A DNA stretch of 64,000 nucleotides from Alphaproteobacteria bacterium (GCA_964291285.2 OZ219785.1:672001-736000); one strand, 5' to 3'; positions 19,857 through 30,271 are shown, counted from the first letter of the stretch. The notes: generated by a model not told the origin, from the sequence alone. A program made the numbers and translations.

Positions 19857-21870
19857 CCCGACTTCCGCAACTCGGCTTGAGAATCGACTGATTTGACGGT
19901 TTTCCGGCGCGAGAAGTGTCGGATTTCGGTGCAGTACCTCTCGGGACCGGCTTGTAGTGCCGACCTACCCCCTTGATCGGGCTGGCGAAGATCCGGACGC
20001 TGCGCTGATGTTCGTGCGCTGCAAGAGACGCTTCAAGGACGGCAAGGAGCACCGCTACTGGAGCGTTGTGGAGAACGTCCGGGTCCACGGCGGTCGGGTT
20101 GTTCAGCGTCAGGTGCTCTATCTCGGGGAGATCAACGACAGCCAGCGAGCGGCGTGGTGCCGCTCGATCGAGGTGGTGGAGGGCAAGTCGCGATCACGGC
20201 AGATGGCGCTGTTTCCCGAGGACCGGGAGGCGCCGGCGCTGACTTGCGAAGTGGTGAAGATCGACCTCTCGCAGGTGGCGCTTCACGACCCGCGCCAGTG
20301 GGGGGCGTGCTGGCTGGCGCTGTCCTTGTGGGACCGCCTGGACCTGGACCGCTTCTGGGAAGAGCGGCTGCCGGCGAGCCGGCAAGGCACGCGGTGGCTG
20401 GACATCCTGAAGATCCAGGTCTGCTACCGGCTGATCGACCCGGGCAGCGAGTGGCGCCTTCACCGTCACTGGTATGAGCACAGCGCGCTTCGCGATCTTC
20501 TGGGTGGCGAGCGGGCGATCGCCGACGACACACTCTATCGCTGTCTCGACAAGCTGCTGGCGCACAAGCAGGGCTTCTTCTCGTTTCTGCGCGACCGCTG
20601 GGCGACGCTGTTCGAGGCGCGCTTCGACGTGCTGCTCTACGACCTGACCTCGACCTACTTCGAGAGCGATCCGCCGTTCGATGACAAGCGCCGCTTCGGC
20701 TACAGCCGGGACAAGCGGCCCGACTGCGTGCAGGTGGTGATCGCCCTGATCGTTACGCCGCAGGGCTTTCCGCTGGCCTATGAGGTGATGCCGGGCAACA
20801 CCTCCGACGACACCACGCTGGCGGCGTTCCTCAAGAAGATCGAGGATCAGTATGGCCGCTCCGAGCGGGTGTGGATCATGGACCGCGGCATCCCCACCGA
20901 GGAGACGCTGGCCGCGATGCGCGAGGGCGAGGCGCCGGTGCGCTACCTGGTGGGCACGCCCAAGGGCCGGCTGACGCGGCTCGAGAAGGTGTTCCTGGGC
21001 CTGCCCTGGCAGGAGGTGCGCCAGTCCGTGACTGTCAAGCTTCTGGTCGAGGATGGCGAGCTCTACGTCCTGGTGCGCAGCGAGGGGCGGCAGGTGAAGG
21101 AACGCGGCATGCGCCGGCGCCGGCTGAAGAGGCTGTGGCGTCGATTGGCCGAGTTGCAAGGGCAGTCGAACAGCCGGGATCAGTTGTTGCTCAAGCTCGG
21201 CGCCGCCAGGAAGGAGGCCGGCCGGGCCTGGAGCCTGGTCGACATCACCGTGCCCGGGACCGACAGCGAACTCGCCGCCAACGGCTTCTCATTCCGCCTG
21301 CAGCGCGACCGGCTGCGCCAGGTCCGCCGCCGCGAGGGCCGTTACCTGCTGCGATCCAACATGGTCGCCGAAGACCCCGCCACGCTGTGGCATCTGTACA
21401 TGCAGCTCGTCGAGATCGAGCAGGCGTTCAAGGAACTCAAGCACGACCTCGCGATCCGCCCCATCTTCCATCAGCGCCAAGAGCGCATCGAGGCGCATAT
21501 CTTCGTCTCGTTCATCGCCTACTGCCTGCTGGTGACCCTGAAGAACCTCGCCCGGCCGCGCGCCCCGGGCCTCACCCCACGCGCCATCCTTGAGGCCTTC
21601 GCCACCATCCAGATGGTGGACGTCCATCTGCCAACCACCGACGGCCGGCACCTCGTCCTGCCGCGCCACACCCGGCCGAACAAGGAGCACGAGCTACTGC
21701 TGCAACAGCTCGGCATGACCTGGCCGCAGCAACCCGCACCCCGGATCTCCGCCTGACGGCACACGGCGCCGCCTCTCCGTTCGCCGCCTTGTAGTGCCGA
21801 CCCTCGGGGAGACGATCAAGGCTATTCAATGAGTTAGCATCCTCATGACCCCCGAGTTGCGGAAGTCGGG
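19857..21870 (+). mobile_element. IS1634-family element
   Basis: Perfect 19-bp IRs CCCGACTTCCGCAACTCGG (19857-19875) and CCGAGTTGCGGAAGTCGGG (21852-21870); flanks CTAA and CTAC. Confidence 0.88.
20008..21756 (+). CDS. IS1634-family DDE transposase
   Basis: MFVRCKRRFKDGKEHRYWSVVEN, LYDLTSTYFE, GYSRDKRPD, MDRGI, IEQAFKELK, RPIFHQ, RIEAHIF. Confidence 0.92.
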   Translation: MFVRCKRRFKDGKEHRYWSVVENVRVHGGRVVQRQVLYLGEINDSQRAAWCRSIEVVEGKSRSRQMALFPEDREAPALTCEVVKIDLSQVALHDPRQWGACWLALSLWDRLDLDRFWEERLPASRQGTRWLDILKIQVCYRLIDPGSEWRLHRHWYEHSALRDLLGGERAIADDTLYRCLDKLLAHKQGFFSFLRDRWATLFEARFDVLLYDLTSTYFESDPPFDDKRRFGYSRDKRPDCVQVVIALIVTPQGFPLAYEVMPGNTSDDTTLAAFLKKIEDQYGRSERVWIMDRGIPTEETLAAMREGEAPVRYLVGTPKGRLTRLEKVFLGLPWQEVRQSVTVKLLVEDGELYVLVRSEGRQVKERGMRRRRLKRLWRRLAELQGQSNSRDQLLLKLGAARKEAGRAWSLVDITVPGTDSELAANGFSFRLQRDRLRQVRRREGRYLLRSNMVAEDPATLWHLYMQLVEIEQAFKELKHDLAIRPIFHQRQERIEAHIFVSFIAYCLLVTLKNLARPRAPGLTPRAILEAFATIQMVDVHLPTTDGRHLVLPRHTRPNKEHELLLQQLGMTWPQQPAPRISA

Positions 21871-22007
21871 CTACCACCCGTCCGCGCCTCCACCTCCGGC
21901 TGCGGCCCGGCGCTCATCTCCTCCACACAGGCCGTGACCAGGGCCGCGGCGGCCGGCGCGAGCCTTTCGGCCGGCATCGCCGCCAGTTGGGGGTCGGTTG
22001 CCCTCAT
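21871..22007 (-). pseudogene. ORF of repeat module 2, cut off by IS1634; paralog of the N-terminus of 62700-63356
   Basis: AAGGAGGAACG-ATG; MRATDPQLAAMPAERLAPAAAALVTACVEEM aligns with MTATDPRPALAAALAAKLAPAAEALAAAYAEDL. Confidence 0.6.
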
Positions 22008-22029
22008 CGTTCCTCCTTGCTCCGACGGG

Positions 22030-22295
22030 GAGCGGGTCCCTTTTCCGCGCGTATCCTGCGCGGGCGCCCGCGCCTGCCCGGGCGCGTGTCGGCGCCGGCG
22101 CGGTTCGCGCGCCTGATTGCGCGCGCGAGACGCAGGACGCACGTCTCCCGTCGGCTTCTCACGGGTTTTCAGAAACCGGCGCCGCTCGGCCGCGCGGCAC
22201 CCGGGGACGCGGCTCCGGAGTTCGCTTCCCTGGGGACCATCATATCACAATCCGCCAGATGTCAAGCCCAAAACGCGAACAAAAAGCAATTTCAT
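22030..22295 (-). repeat. Dispersed conserved leader/promoter repeat, copy 2
   Basis: Same core at 22096-22170; TGTCAA at 22260; GAACAAAAA at 22277. Confidence 0.88.
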
Positions 22296-22419
22296 TAGAT
22301 TTTTTTCAGTTCCGCAGAAATCGGAAGGACCGGCCTCCTGCCCCGGCCCGCTTCTCACCGTTCCTGGTCCGGCTCCGGCCCGTCGCGGCTTCCCCGTGTC
22401 GAGCGCCTGCCACCCGCTG

Positions 22420-23409
22420 TCAGAAGAATTGTTCCAGAACCCGGTCCGGCGGGCGGTGGCCGTCCGTGAAGGCCTTGATGTTGACGATCACCCGCTCGCC
22501 CATTTCCAGCCGGCCCTCCAGCGTGGCCGAGCCCATGTGCGGCAGCAGCACCACATTGTCGAGCTCGCGCAGCTTCGGGTCGATGGCCGGCTCGCGCTCG
22601 AACACGTCGAGCGCGGCGCCGGCGAGCCTGCCGGCGAGCAGGGCTTCCAGAAGCGCCGGCTCGTCGATCACCTCGCCGCGCGAGGTGTTGACGATGTAGG
22701 CATGCGGCTTCATCAGCGCGAGCCGCCGGCGCGACAGCAGGTGGTAGGTCGCAGGCGTGTGCGGGCAGTTGACCGACACGATGTCCATGCGCGCCAGCAT
22801 CTGGTCGAGGCTCTCCCAGTAGGTCGCCTCCAGTTCGGCCTCGATGTCGGGGTCGGCGCGACGGCGGTTGTGGTAGTGGATCGAAATGCCGAAGCCCCGC
22901 GCGCGCCGGGCCACCGCCGCCCCGATCCGGCCCATGCCGACAATGCCGAGCCGCTTGCCGTAAATCCGGTGGCCGAGCAGCGCCGTCGGCGCCCAGCCGA
23001 GCCAGCCGCCGGTCCGCACCAGGCGCTCGCCCTCGATGAGCCGGCGCGAGACCGAGAGAATGAGGGCCATGGTCATGTCCGCCGTGTCGCCCGTGAGCAC
23101 GCCGGGCGTGTTGGTGACCATGATGCCCCGCTCATGCGCGGCCGCGAGGTCGATATGGTCCACGCCCGCGCCGAAGCTCGCCAGCAGTTTGAGCCCGGGG
23201 CCGGCGGCCTCCAGGCACTCCGCGTCGATGCGGTCGGTCACGGTCGGCACCAGCACGTCCGCCCGGCCCATGGCCTCGAGCAGTTCGGAACGGTCCCATT
23301 GCCGGTCGCCGTCGTTCAGCTCGGTGCGGAACAACTCCATCATGCGCGTCTCCACCGCGTCGGGGAGCTTGCGCGTGACGATGACGAGCGGTTTGGGCGC
23401 GGTGGGCAT
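22420..23409 (-). CDS. D-glycerate dehydrogenase / glyoxylate reductase (2-hydroxyacid dehydrogenase)
   Basis: GAGVDHID, VTNTPGVLT, GIVGMGRIG, NTSRGEVIDE, LLPHMGSAT. Confidence 0.9.
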   Translation of the reverse strand: MPTAPKPLVIVTRKLPDAVETRMMELFRTELNDGDRQWDRSELLEAMGRADVLVPTVTDRIDAECLEAAGPGLKLLASFGAGVDHIDLAAAHERGIMVTNTPGVLTGDTADMTMALILSVSRRLIEGERLVRTGGWLGWAPTALLGHRIYGKRLGIVGMGRIGAAVARRARGFGISIHYHNRRRADPDIEAELEATYWESLDQMLARMDIVSVNCPHTPATYHLLSRRRLALMKPHAYIVNTSRGEVIDEPALLEALLAGRLAGAALDVFEREPAIDPKLRELDNVVLLPHMGSATLEGRLEMGERVIVNIKAFTDGHRPPDRVLEQFF

Positions 23410-23537
23410 GGACCCGGCGCCTATGGGTTGTTCGCGCAGGACGGCAAGGCGCCGCAGCCGGCAATGAAAGAGACAGGAACGGTTCCGTCCATAGCGGAAA
23501 CGCTCTAGCAAGCCGCGCGGGAGGAGTCCACCGGCCG

Positions 23538-24356
23538 TCACCCGGCGCGGGCGAGGAAGTCCCCATAGATGCGGTTGAACGCCTCGGCCCGGTCCCAATT
23601 GGGGAAGTGGCCGGCGCCCTCGATCACCGCCATTTCCGCGCCCCGGATTTCGTCCCGGTAGAGCGCCATCCGGTCCGGCGGAGTCGGCACATCGTGCTCT
23701 CCGGCGACGACCAGCGCGGGCGTCTCGATGCCGCCGAGCCGTCCATCGTAATCCATGCCGCCGATCGCCTCGCCCGAATGCACATAGCCTGCAAGCGGGT
23801 TGGCGGAGGCAATCTCCAGCAGGCGGGCATGGCTCGCCGGATTTTCCCGGCGCCACGCCTCGGTCGTGTAGCGGGCCATGATTTCTTCGGCAGCCGGCGC
23901 CATGGTGTCCCCGAGCGCGGCCAGGCGGGCGGCCGTCCGCCGGAGCCGCTCGCTGTTGGCGGCCGGCAGCACGCCCTGGGTCGCGAGGAAGGTGACGCTG
24001 GCAAGGCGCGGGGCGTGTTCCAGCGCGAGCGCGAAGCCGACCATGCCGCCGAGCGAGGAGCCGAGATAATGCGCCCGGTCGATGCCCTCCGCGTCCAGCA
24101 GGGCGACGACATCGAGCGCAAGGTCTTCCATCGCATAGGATGCGGGGCTGACAGGGCTATCGCCGTGGCCCCTGAAATCCAGCGCGATCACGCGATAGCG
24201 GCCCGCGAACGCCTCGACCTGCGGCGCATACTGGGCGCGCGAGAGGATTTGCGCATGGCCGAAGAGGAGCGCCGGCGCGCCCGCATCGCCGTGGACCTCA
24301 TAGACGGTTTGCGCCCCGTCCCGCTCCACCGTTCCGATTCGGCCCGTCGCCATCAC
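23538..24356 (-). CDS. Alpha/beta hydrolase (PcaD enol-lactonase-like)
   Basis: DFRGHGDS, GSSLGG nucleophile elbow, GEHD, AGHF. Confidence 0.8.
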   Translation of the reverse strand: MMATGRIGTVERDGAQTVYEVHGDAGAPALLFGHAQILSRAQYAPQVEAFAGRYRVIALDFRGHGDSPVSPASYAMEDLALDVVALLDAEGIDRAHYLGSSLGGMVGFALALEHAPRLASVTFLATQGVLPAANSERLRRTAARLAALGDTMAPAAEEIMARYTTEAWRRENPASHARLLEIASANPLAGYVHSGEAIGGMDYDGRLGGIETPALVVAGEHDVPTPPDRMALYRDEIRGAEMAVIEGAGHFPNWDRAEAFNRIYGDFLARAG

Positions 24357-25138
24357 GCCCTCTCCCTTTTGCGCCGCGCCGCCCGTTCCTCGAAGAAGGC
24401 GGCGGCGACGCGCTGCGGTTCGCCGTCGCTGTAGGCGGCATGCTGGTAGCGCATTGCGGCCTGCACGGTCTCGTCATACTCGGTCTGCGTGCGCTCCAGC
24501 AGGCGGCGCTTGGTCAGCCGGACGGCGAGCGGCGGCAGGGCGGCGAGTTCCCCGGCAAGTTCCATCGCGCGCGGCATCACGCGCTCCGGCGGCACGATCT
24601 CGTTGACCATGCCCCAGGCGAGGCAGGTTTCGGCATCCAGTAACCGGCCGGTGAGCGACAGTTCCACCGCGCGGGCATGGCCGACGACACGCTCGATGAT
24701 GAAGGGGCCGACCGTGCTCGGAATGCCGGCGCGCACCTCGGGCTGGCCCATGCGCACGCCCGGATGCGCGATGCGGATGTCGGCGTGGAGCGCCGTTTGC
24801 AGGCCGAAGCCGGCGGCGAGCCCGTTCAGCGCCACGACAACCGGCTTCTCCAGCGCGCGCACGGACTGGTAGAGCGCGCCCAGATGCAGGAAATGCTCCT
24901 GCACGGTCTTCTCGTCGAAACCTGCCGAATCGTTCAGGTCCTGCCCCGCCGAGAAGGCGCGCTCGCCCGCCCCGGTCAGCACGACCGCGCGCACCGCCCC
25001 GTCGCCGTTCAGCCCGTCCAGCACGCGCGGCAGCAGGTCCCGCATTTCGATGTTGAGCGCATTCAGCGCCTCGGGGCGGTTCAGGGTCACGACGGCAATG
25101 GCGCCTTCGCGGCGCTCCAGAACGGGCGATTGGGTCAT
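24353..25138 (-). CDS. Enoyl-CoA hydratase/isomerase family
   Basis: TLNRPEALNAL, AFSAGQDL, KPVVVALNG, GQPEVRAG. Confidence 0.88.
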   Translation of the reverse strand: MTQSPVLERREGAIAVVTLNRPEALNALNIEMRDLLPRVLDGLNGDGAVRAVVLTGAGERAFSAGQDLNDSAGFDEKTVQEHFLHLGALYQSVRALEKPVVVALNGLAAGFGLQTALHADIRIAHPGVRMGQPEVRAGIPSTVGPFIIERVVGHARAVELSLTGRLLDAETCLAWGMVNEIVPPERVMPRAMELAGELAALPPLAVRLTKRRLLERTQTEYDETVQAAMRYQHAAYSDGEPQRVAAAFFEERAARRKRERA

Positions 25139-25156
25139 GGGCGGTGTTGTCCTCGC

Positions 25157-27349
25157 TCAGGCGGGCTCGACGAAGCTGTCGATCAGGGTCTTGTCGCCGG
25201 AGGTCTCGAAGGCGACGGTGAGTTTCTCCCGGTCGACGGCCCGCACGGCTCCATAGCCGAACTTCTGGTGAAAGACGCGCTGGCCGACCTCGAATTGTCC
25301 GATGCGGGGCGCGCGCGGTTTCACCTCCCACGCCGGGGCGTCGATCACACGCCCGCCGCCGCCCGCGCCGTAGCGCCAGGCAGGGGCCTCGCCGAAACCG
25401 GTATCGGCCTGCCGCTCCACATGCTCGTCCGGCAACTCGTCGATGAAACGCGAGGGGAGCGGGCTGAGCCACCGCCCCATGACCATGCGGCTCATGGCGG
25501 AGGAGATCGTGACATGGCGGCGTGCGCGGGTGATGCCGACATAGGCGAGGCGGCGTTCCTCCTCCAGTCCGGCAAGCCCGTTCTCGGCGAGCGCGCGCTG
25601 GTGGGGGAACAGGCCCTCCTCCCAGCCCGGCAGGAACACGATGTCGAATTCGAGCCCCTTGGCGCCGTGGAGCGTCATCAGGGAGACGCTTTCCGCCTCG
25701 CTGCCGCCTTCGGCCTCCATCACCAGGGCGACATGCTCCAGAAACTCCTCAAGGGTGTCGAACCGGGCGATCTGCTGAACGAGTTCGCCCAGATTCTCCA
25801 GCCGGCCGGGGGCGTCGAGCCCCTTGTCCTTCCGCCACATCTCCCGGTAGCCGCTCTCGTCGAGAATCGCGTCGGCAAGGTCTGCATGGGGCTCGCTGCC
25901 GAGCCGGGCGCGCCAGTCGTCGATGGCGCGGCAGAAGCCGGCAAGCGCGTTGCGGGCCCGGGCCTTCAATTCCTCCGTCTCGACCAGCCGGCGCGCCGCC
26001 TGGCCGAGCGGAATCCGCTCGGCCCGGGCGAGGCGGTGCACCGGTTGCAGGGTCGCGTCGCCGATGCCGCGTTTCGGCAGGTTGACGATGCGCTCGAAGG
26101 CAAGGTCATCCTCGGGGAACAGGACGGCGCGCAGATAGGCGATGGCATCCCTCACCTCGCGCCGCTCGTAGAAGCGCGGGCCGCCGATGACCCGGTAATT
26201 CAGCCCGAGCGCGACGAAGCGCTCCTCGAAAGCGCGCATCTGGAATGAGGCCCGCACGAGAACCGCCATCTGCCCGAGGCTGATTCCCGACCGTTGCAGC
26301 GTCTCGATCTCCCCGCCTACCAGCCGCGCCTCCGCCTCGCCGTCCGGGACGACATGCACGGTGATCGGCCGCGAGTCCTCGCGGTCGGTCCAGAGCGTCT
26401 TGCCGAGGCGGCCGCGATTGTTGGCGATCAGCCCGGAGGCCGCGCCCAGAATATCGCCGGTCGAGCGGTAGTTCTGCTCCAGCCGGACGATCCTGGCGCC
26501 TTCGAAGTCATTCTCGAAGCGCAGGATGTTGCCGACTTCGGCTCCGCGCCATCCGTAGATCGACTGGTCGTCGTCGCCGACGCAGCAGATGTTGCGGCGG
26601 CGCTGGGCGAGCAGGCGGAGCCAGAGATACTGGGCGATATTGGTGTCCTGGTATTCGTCCACCAGTATGTAGCGGAACCGCTCCTGATATTCCGCCAGCA
26701 CCTCCGCATCGCGCTGGAAGATGGTCAGGTTGTGGAGCAGCAGGTCGCCGAAATCGACGGCGTTGAGGCCGGCAAGCCGCTCCTGGTAGGCCTCGTAAAG
26801 CGCGGGCGCGCGGCCGTTGGCGAAGTTTCCCGCCTCGTGGGCCGGCACCTGGTCCGGGCGCCACCCCTTGTCCTTCCAGCGCTGGACGATGGTCGAAAGC
26901 TGGCGCGCCGGCCAGTGCTTCGCATCCACATTCGCGTCCGCCAGCACCTGTTTGAGGAGCCGCTCCTGGTCGTCCGGGTCCAGGATCGAGAAGGAGGGCC
27001 TGAGGCCCGCCAGCTCGGGATGCCGGCGCAATATGCGCAGGCCAAGCGCGTGGAAGGTGCCGAGCCAGAGGCCGGCGCTCATCCCGCCGATCAGCGCCTC
27101 CACCCGCTCGCGCATTTCGTTCGCCGCCCGGTTGGTGAAGGTGACGGCCAGAATCTGGCTGGGCCAGGCGCGCTTCATCGCCAGCAGCAGTGCCAGCCTC
27201 GCGGTCAGCACCCGCGTCTTGCCGGTGCCCGCGCCGGAGAGCACCAGCAACGGCCCCTCCAGCGTCTCGACCGCCTCGCGCTGCGGGGGGTTCAGCCCGG
27301 CGAGCCAGGGGGCGTCGGCGGCAGGCGCGGCGGGCAGGGCGTCGTCCAT
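25157..27349 (-). CDS. uvrD: UvrD/PcrA ATP-dependent DNA helicase
   Basis: GAGTGKT, VDEYQDTN, VGDDDQSIYGWRGA, LEQNYRST, TLHGAKGLEF, EERRLAYVGITRA. Confidence 0.92.
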   Translation of the reverse strand: MDDALPAAPAADAPWLAGLNPPQREAVETLEGPLLVLSGAGTGKTRVLTARLALLLAMKRAWPSQILAVTFTNRAANEMRERVEALIGGMSAGLWLGTFHALGLRILRRHPELAGLRPSFSILDPDDQERLLKQVLADANVDAKHWPARQLSTIVQRWKDKGWRPDQVPAHEAGNFANGRAPALYEAYQERLAGLNAVDFGDLLLHNLTIFQRDAEVLAEYQERFRYILVDEYQDTNIAQYLWLRLLAQRRRNICCVGDDDQSIYGWRGAEVGNILRFENDFEGARIVRLEQNYRSTGDILGAASGLIANNRGRLGKTLWTDREDSRPITVHVVPDGEAEARLVGGEIETLQRSGISLGQMAVLVRASFQMRAFEERFVALGLNYRVIGGPRFYERREVRDAIAYLRAVLFPEDDLAFERIVNLPKRGIGDATLQPVHRLARAERIPLGQAARRLVETEELKARARNALAGFCRAIDDWRARLGSEPHADLADAILDESGYREMWRKDKGLDAPGRLENLGELVQQIARFDTLEEFLEHVALVMEAEGGSEAESVSLMTLHGAKGLEFDIVFLPGWEEGLFPHQRALAENGLAGLEEERRLAYVGITRARRHVTISSAMSRMVMGRWLSPLPSRFIDELPDEHVERQADTGFGEAPAWRYGAGGGGRVIDAPAWEVKPRAPRIGQFEVGQRVFHQKFGYGAVRAVDREKLTVAFETSGDKTLIDSFVEPA

Positions 27350-27371
27350 GCGGTCAGGCTATCACGATTCT

Positions 27372-28253
27372 TCAGGCCGCCTCCGCCTCCGCGAGGAAGC
27401 CGCGCACGAGGCCGAGGAAATGCTCCAGCCGGTCGTGATGCACCCAGTGGCCGGCGCCGGCGACATCGACGAAGCGGGCATTGCGGAAATGGGCGGCGCG
27501 GCCGTCCTCCTCCGGGTCGCCGACCCAGCTTTCCAGGCCGCGCACCAGCAGGGTGGGGCAGGCGATCCGCGACCAGAGCCGGAAGCTCTCCTCGGGATAG
27601 ATGCCGACCGGGCGGTCGGCGCGGCTGTAATTGTCGAACTTCCAGCTGTAGGTGCCGTCCTCGTTCTGGTTGGCGCCGTGGACGGTGAGGTGCCGGGCCT
27701 GGGCCTCGGTCAGGCGGGGATTGGCCTCCTGCATCCGCCGGTATGCGTCTTCGAGCGAGTCGTAGCGGCGCGGCAGCCGGCCGGACAGGCCGCGCTGGGT
27801 GTCGATCCACTCCCTGAGCCGGTCGTCGATGGTCCGGGCCCTGCGCGCCTCGATCTGCGCGGGCGAGGCCCCGAGCCCCTCGATGGCGACGAGCGCCTTC
27901 ACGGTCTCCGGATAGACGCCCGCATAGTGGAGCGCGATGGAGCCGCCGAGGGAGTGGCCGATCACGGTGACCGGGGCGAGCCGCTTCTGGTGGACGAGCT
28001 GCGCGATGTCATAGACATAGTCCGCCATCGCATAGGCGCCGCCGACGAACCAGGCGCTGTCGCCGTGGCCCCGGAGGTCCGGGGCGACGATGCGGTAGTC
28101 CTCCCGGAGCGCCTCCGCCACCCAGTCCCAGTTGCGGCAATGGTCCCGCCCGCCGTGGATCAGCAGCAGCGGCGGCGCGTCCGGATTGCCCCAGTCGACA
28201 TAGTGCAGGCGCAGGCGCTGCGAGAAGTAGGAATGGCTCTCAGGACCCTGCAT
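27372..28253 (-). CDS. Alpha/beta hydrolase
   Basis: HGGRDH, DLRGHGDS, GHSLGG, AGHWVHHD. Confidence 0.85.
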   Translation of the reverse strand: MQGPESHSYFSQRLRLHYVDWGNPDAPPLLLIHGGRDHCRNWDWVAEALREDYRIVAPDLRGHGDSAWFVGGAYAMADYVYDIAQLVHQKRLAPVTVIGHSLGGSIALHYAGVYPETVKALVAIEGLGASPAQIEARRARTIDDRLREWIDTQRGLSGRLPRRYDSLEDAYRRMQEANPRLTEAQARHLTVHGANQNEDGTYSWKFDNYSRADRPVGIYPEESFRLWSRIACPTLLVRGLESWVGDPEEDGRAAHFRNARFVDVAGAGHWVHHDRLEHFLGLVRGFLAEAEAA

Positions 28254-28356
28254 GGGCGGCCTCCCCGGAAACGTGGCGGACGGACGGCGGTGCTTCCCCT
28301 CCGGAACGCGGCCGTGCGACTATAAGCGGACCCGCAAGACCGAGGAATGCGCGTCC

Positions 28357-28665
28357 ATGCTGACCGTCTATGGCCTGAAGAGCTGCGATGCCTGCCGCAA
28401 GGCGCGGAAGGCGCTGGCCGGCCGCGAACACCGCTTCCACGACCTGCGCGAGGACGGGCTGGACGGCGCGATGCTGGACCGCTGGATCGGCGCGGTCGGC
28501 TGGGAGGCGCTGCTCAACCGGCGCAGCACGACCTGGCGGGCGCTCGACGAGGCCGAGAAGGCGGGGCTCGACGCCGGCCGGGCCAGGCGCCTGATGCTCG
28601 CGCATCCGGCCCTGGTGAAGCGCCCGGTGATCGACGACGGCGGAAGGGTGACGGTCGGCCTCTGA
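28357..28665 (+). CDS. ArsC/Spx/YffB family protein
   Basis: YGLKSCDACRKA, LLNRRSTTWR, HPALVKRPV. Confidence 0.88.
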   Translation: MLTVYGLKSCDACRKARKALAGREHRFHDLREDGLDGAMLDRWIGAVGWEALLNRRSTTWRALDEAEKAGLDAGRARRLMLAHPALVKRPVIDDGGRVTVGL

Positions 28666-28666
28666 C

Positions 28667-29428
28667 CTATTCCCTGTTGCCGAACAGGCTCAGCAGCAGC
28701 AGGAACATGTTGATGAAGCTCAGATAGAGCATCAGCGCGTCCATCACCGACTTCTTGGCCATCACGGCGGCGTCGTAGCCGTGATAGTACTCGCTCTTGA
28801 TGCGCTGGGTGTCGTAGGCGGTGAAGCCGGCGAACACCAGAACGCCGATCACCGACACGGCGAAGTGGAGCGCGCTCGAGGCGAGGAAGATATTGACCAG
28901 CGAGGCGATGATGACGCCGATCAGCCCCATCACCAGGAAGGAGCGCATGCCGGAGAGGTCGCGCTTCGTCGTGTAGCCGTAGAGGCTGAGGCCGGCGAAA
29001 GCGGCCGCGGTGATGAAGAACACGCGCGCGATGCTGGTGCCGGTATATTGCAGGAAGATCGAACTGATGCTCGCGCCCATGAGCGCGCAGAACACCCAGA
29101 ACAGCCCCTGCGTCGCGGGCGTGCTCAGGCGGTGGACGCCGAAGCTCAGCACGAGGATGAAGGCGAGCGGCGAGAGCATCAGCACCCATTTGAGCGGCGA
29201 GAGGTAGATCGCCTGCCCGAAGGTCGTCAGCACCATCTGGCCGCCGGGCGTCTGCGCCACCGCCATGGTGAACACCAGATAGGCGACGATGCCCGTGAGC
29301 AGCACGCCCGAGGCCATGTAGTTGTAGATGCCGAGCATGTGCTTCCGCAGGCCGGCATCGAGCTCCGCCGTGCGGGTCGTGCTGCGGCCGGCGGCGCGCG
29401 CCGTCGTCCTCAGATTGTCGAAGGCCAT
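28667..29428 (-). CDS. Bax inhibitor-1/YccA family membrane protein
   Basis: DAGLRKHMLGIYNYM, YGYTTKRDLS, TAYDTQRIK, LYLSFINMF. Confidence 0.9.
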   Translation of the reverse strand: MAFDNLRTTARAAGRSTTRTAELDAGLRKHMLGIYNYMASGVLLTGIVAYLVFTMAVAQTPGGQMVLTTFGQAIYLSPLKWVLMLSPLAFILVLSFGVHRLSTPATQGLFWVFCALMGASISSIFLQYTGTSIARVFFITAAAFAGLSLYGYTTKRDLSGMRSFLVMGLIGVIIASLVNIFLASSALHFAVSVIGVLVFAGFTAYDTQRIKSEYYHGYDAAVMAKKSVMDALMLYLSFINMFLLLLSLFGNRE

Positions 29429-29520
29429 TTGCGGTCTCCGTTAGCGTTGTCGGTACCAGTCGCCAATATCGGCGCTGCGCCCGCCCGGTTCAAGCCCCGG
29501 CGGCAAGCCGTCGGCCGCCC

Positions 29521-29856
29521 TCACACATGGAAGCTTTCGCCGCAGCCGCAGGTGCCCTTGGCGTTGGGGTTCTCGAAGGTGAAGCCGGATTCGAAGATGC
29601 CTTCGCGGTAGTCCATCACCGATCCGATGAGGAACATGACCGCGGTCGGGTCGATCAGCACGGTCACGCCGTTCGACTCGATGGCCTCTTCGTAGGGCTT
29701 GCGCTCCTTCGCGTATTCGACGGAGTAGGAGAGGCCGGAGCAGCCACGCGTGCGCACGCCGACGCGCAAGCCGACCGCCGGCTCTTCGGAGAGCGACATG
29801 AGGTGGCGCACCCGCTCGGCGGCGGCGTCCGTCATCCGGATCATCGGCTCTGGCAT
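29521..29856 (-). CDS. sufA: A-type Fe-S carrier (IscA/SufA)
   Basis: GCSGLSY, NPNAKGTCGCGESF. Confidence 0.9.
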   Translation of the reverse strand: MPEPMIRMTDAAAERVRHLMSLSEEPAVGLRVGVRTRGCSGLSYSVEYAKERKPYEEAIESNGVTVLIDPTAVMFLIGSVMDYREGIFESGFTFENPNAKGTCGCGESFHV

Positions 29857-29872
29857 AAGCGCCTCCTTCTCC

Positions 29873-30271
29873 TCACCACATGTCGAGCGCGAGGCGGGCC
29901 TCCTCGCTCATGCGCTCCATCGTCCATGCCGGCTCCCACACCAGCCGGACCTCGACCTCGCCGACGCCCTGCACGCCCGCCACGGCGTCGGCCACCATGC
30001 CCGGCATCTCGCCGGCGACCGGGCAGCCGGGCGCGGTCAGGCTCATCTCGACGCGCACCGAGCCGTCCTCGGCCTGCTCCAGATCGTAAATGAGGCCGAG
30101 TTCGTAAATGTCCACCGGAATCTCGGGATCGTACACGGTCTTGAGCGCCGCGATCAGGTTGGCGTGCGGCGCAATCGGCGAGCCCGGCTCCAACGGCGTC
30201 CCCGCCTCGGCGCGGAACTCCTGCAGCGGCTCGCCGCCCATCCACTGTTCGAAGGGCATCGTCCCTTCCAT
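29873..30271 (-). CDS. sufT: SufT / DUF59 Fe-S assembly protein
   Basis: VYDPEIPVDIYELGLIY, TAPGCPVA. Confidence 0.85.
   Translation of the reverse strand: MEGTMPFEQWMGGEPLQEFRAEAGTPLEPGSPIAPHANLIAALKTVYDPEIPVDIYELGLIYDLEQAEDGSVRVEMSLTAPGCPVAGEMPGMVADAVAGVQGVGEVEVRLVWEPAWTMERMSEEARLALDMW

Noticed and set aside
17137-22420. Integrative element (prophage/ICE) at the tRNA
   Set aside because: No integrase gene, and I found no duplicated tRNA 3' end (attR) by eye
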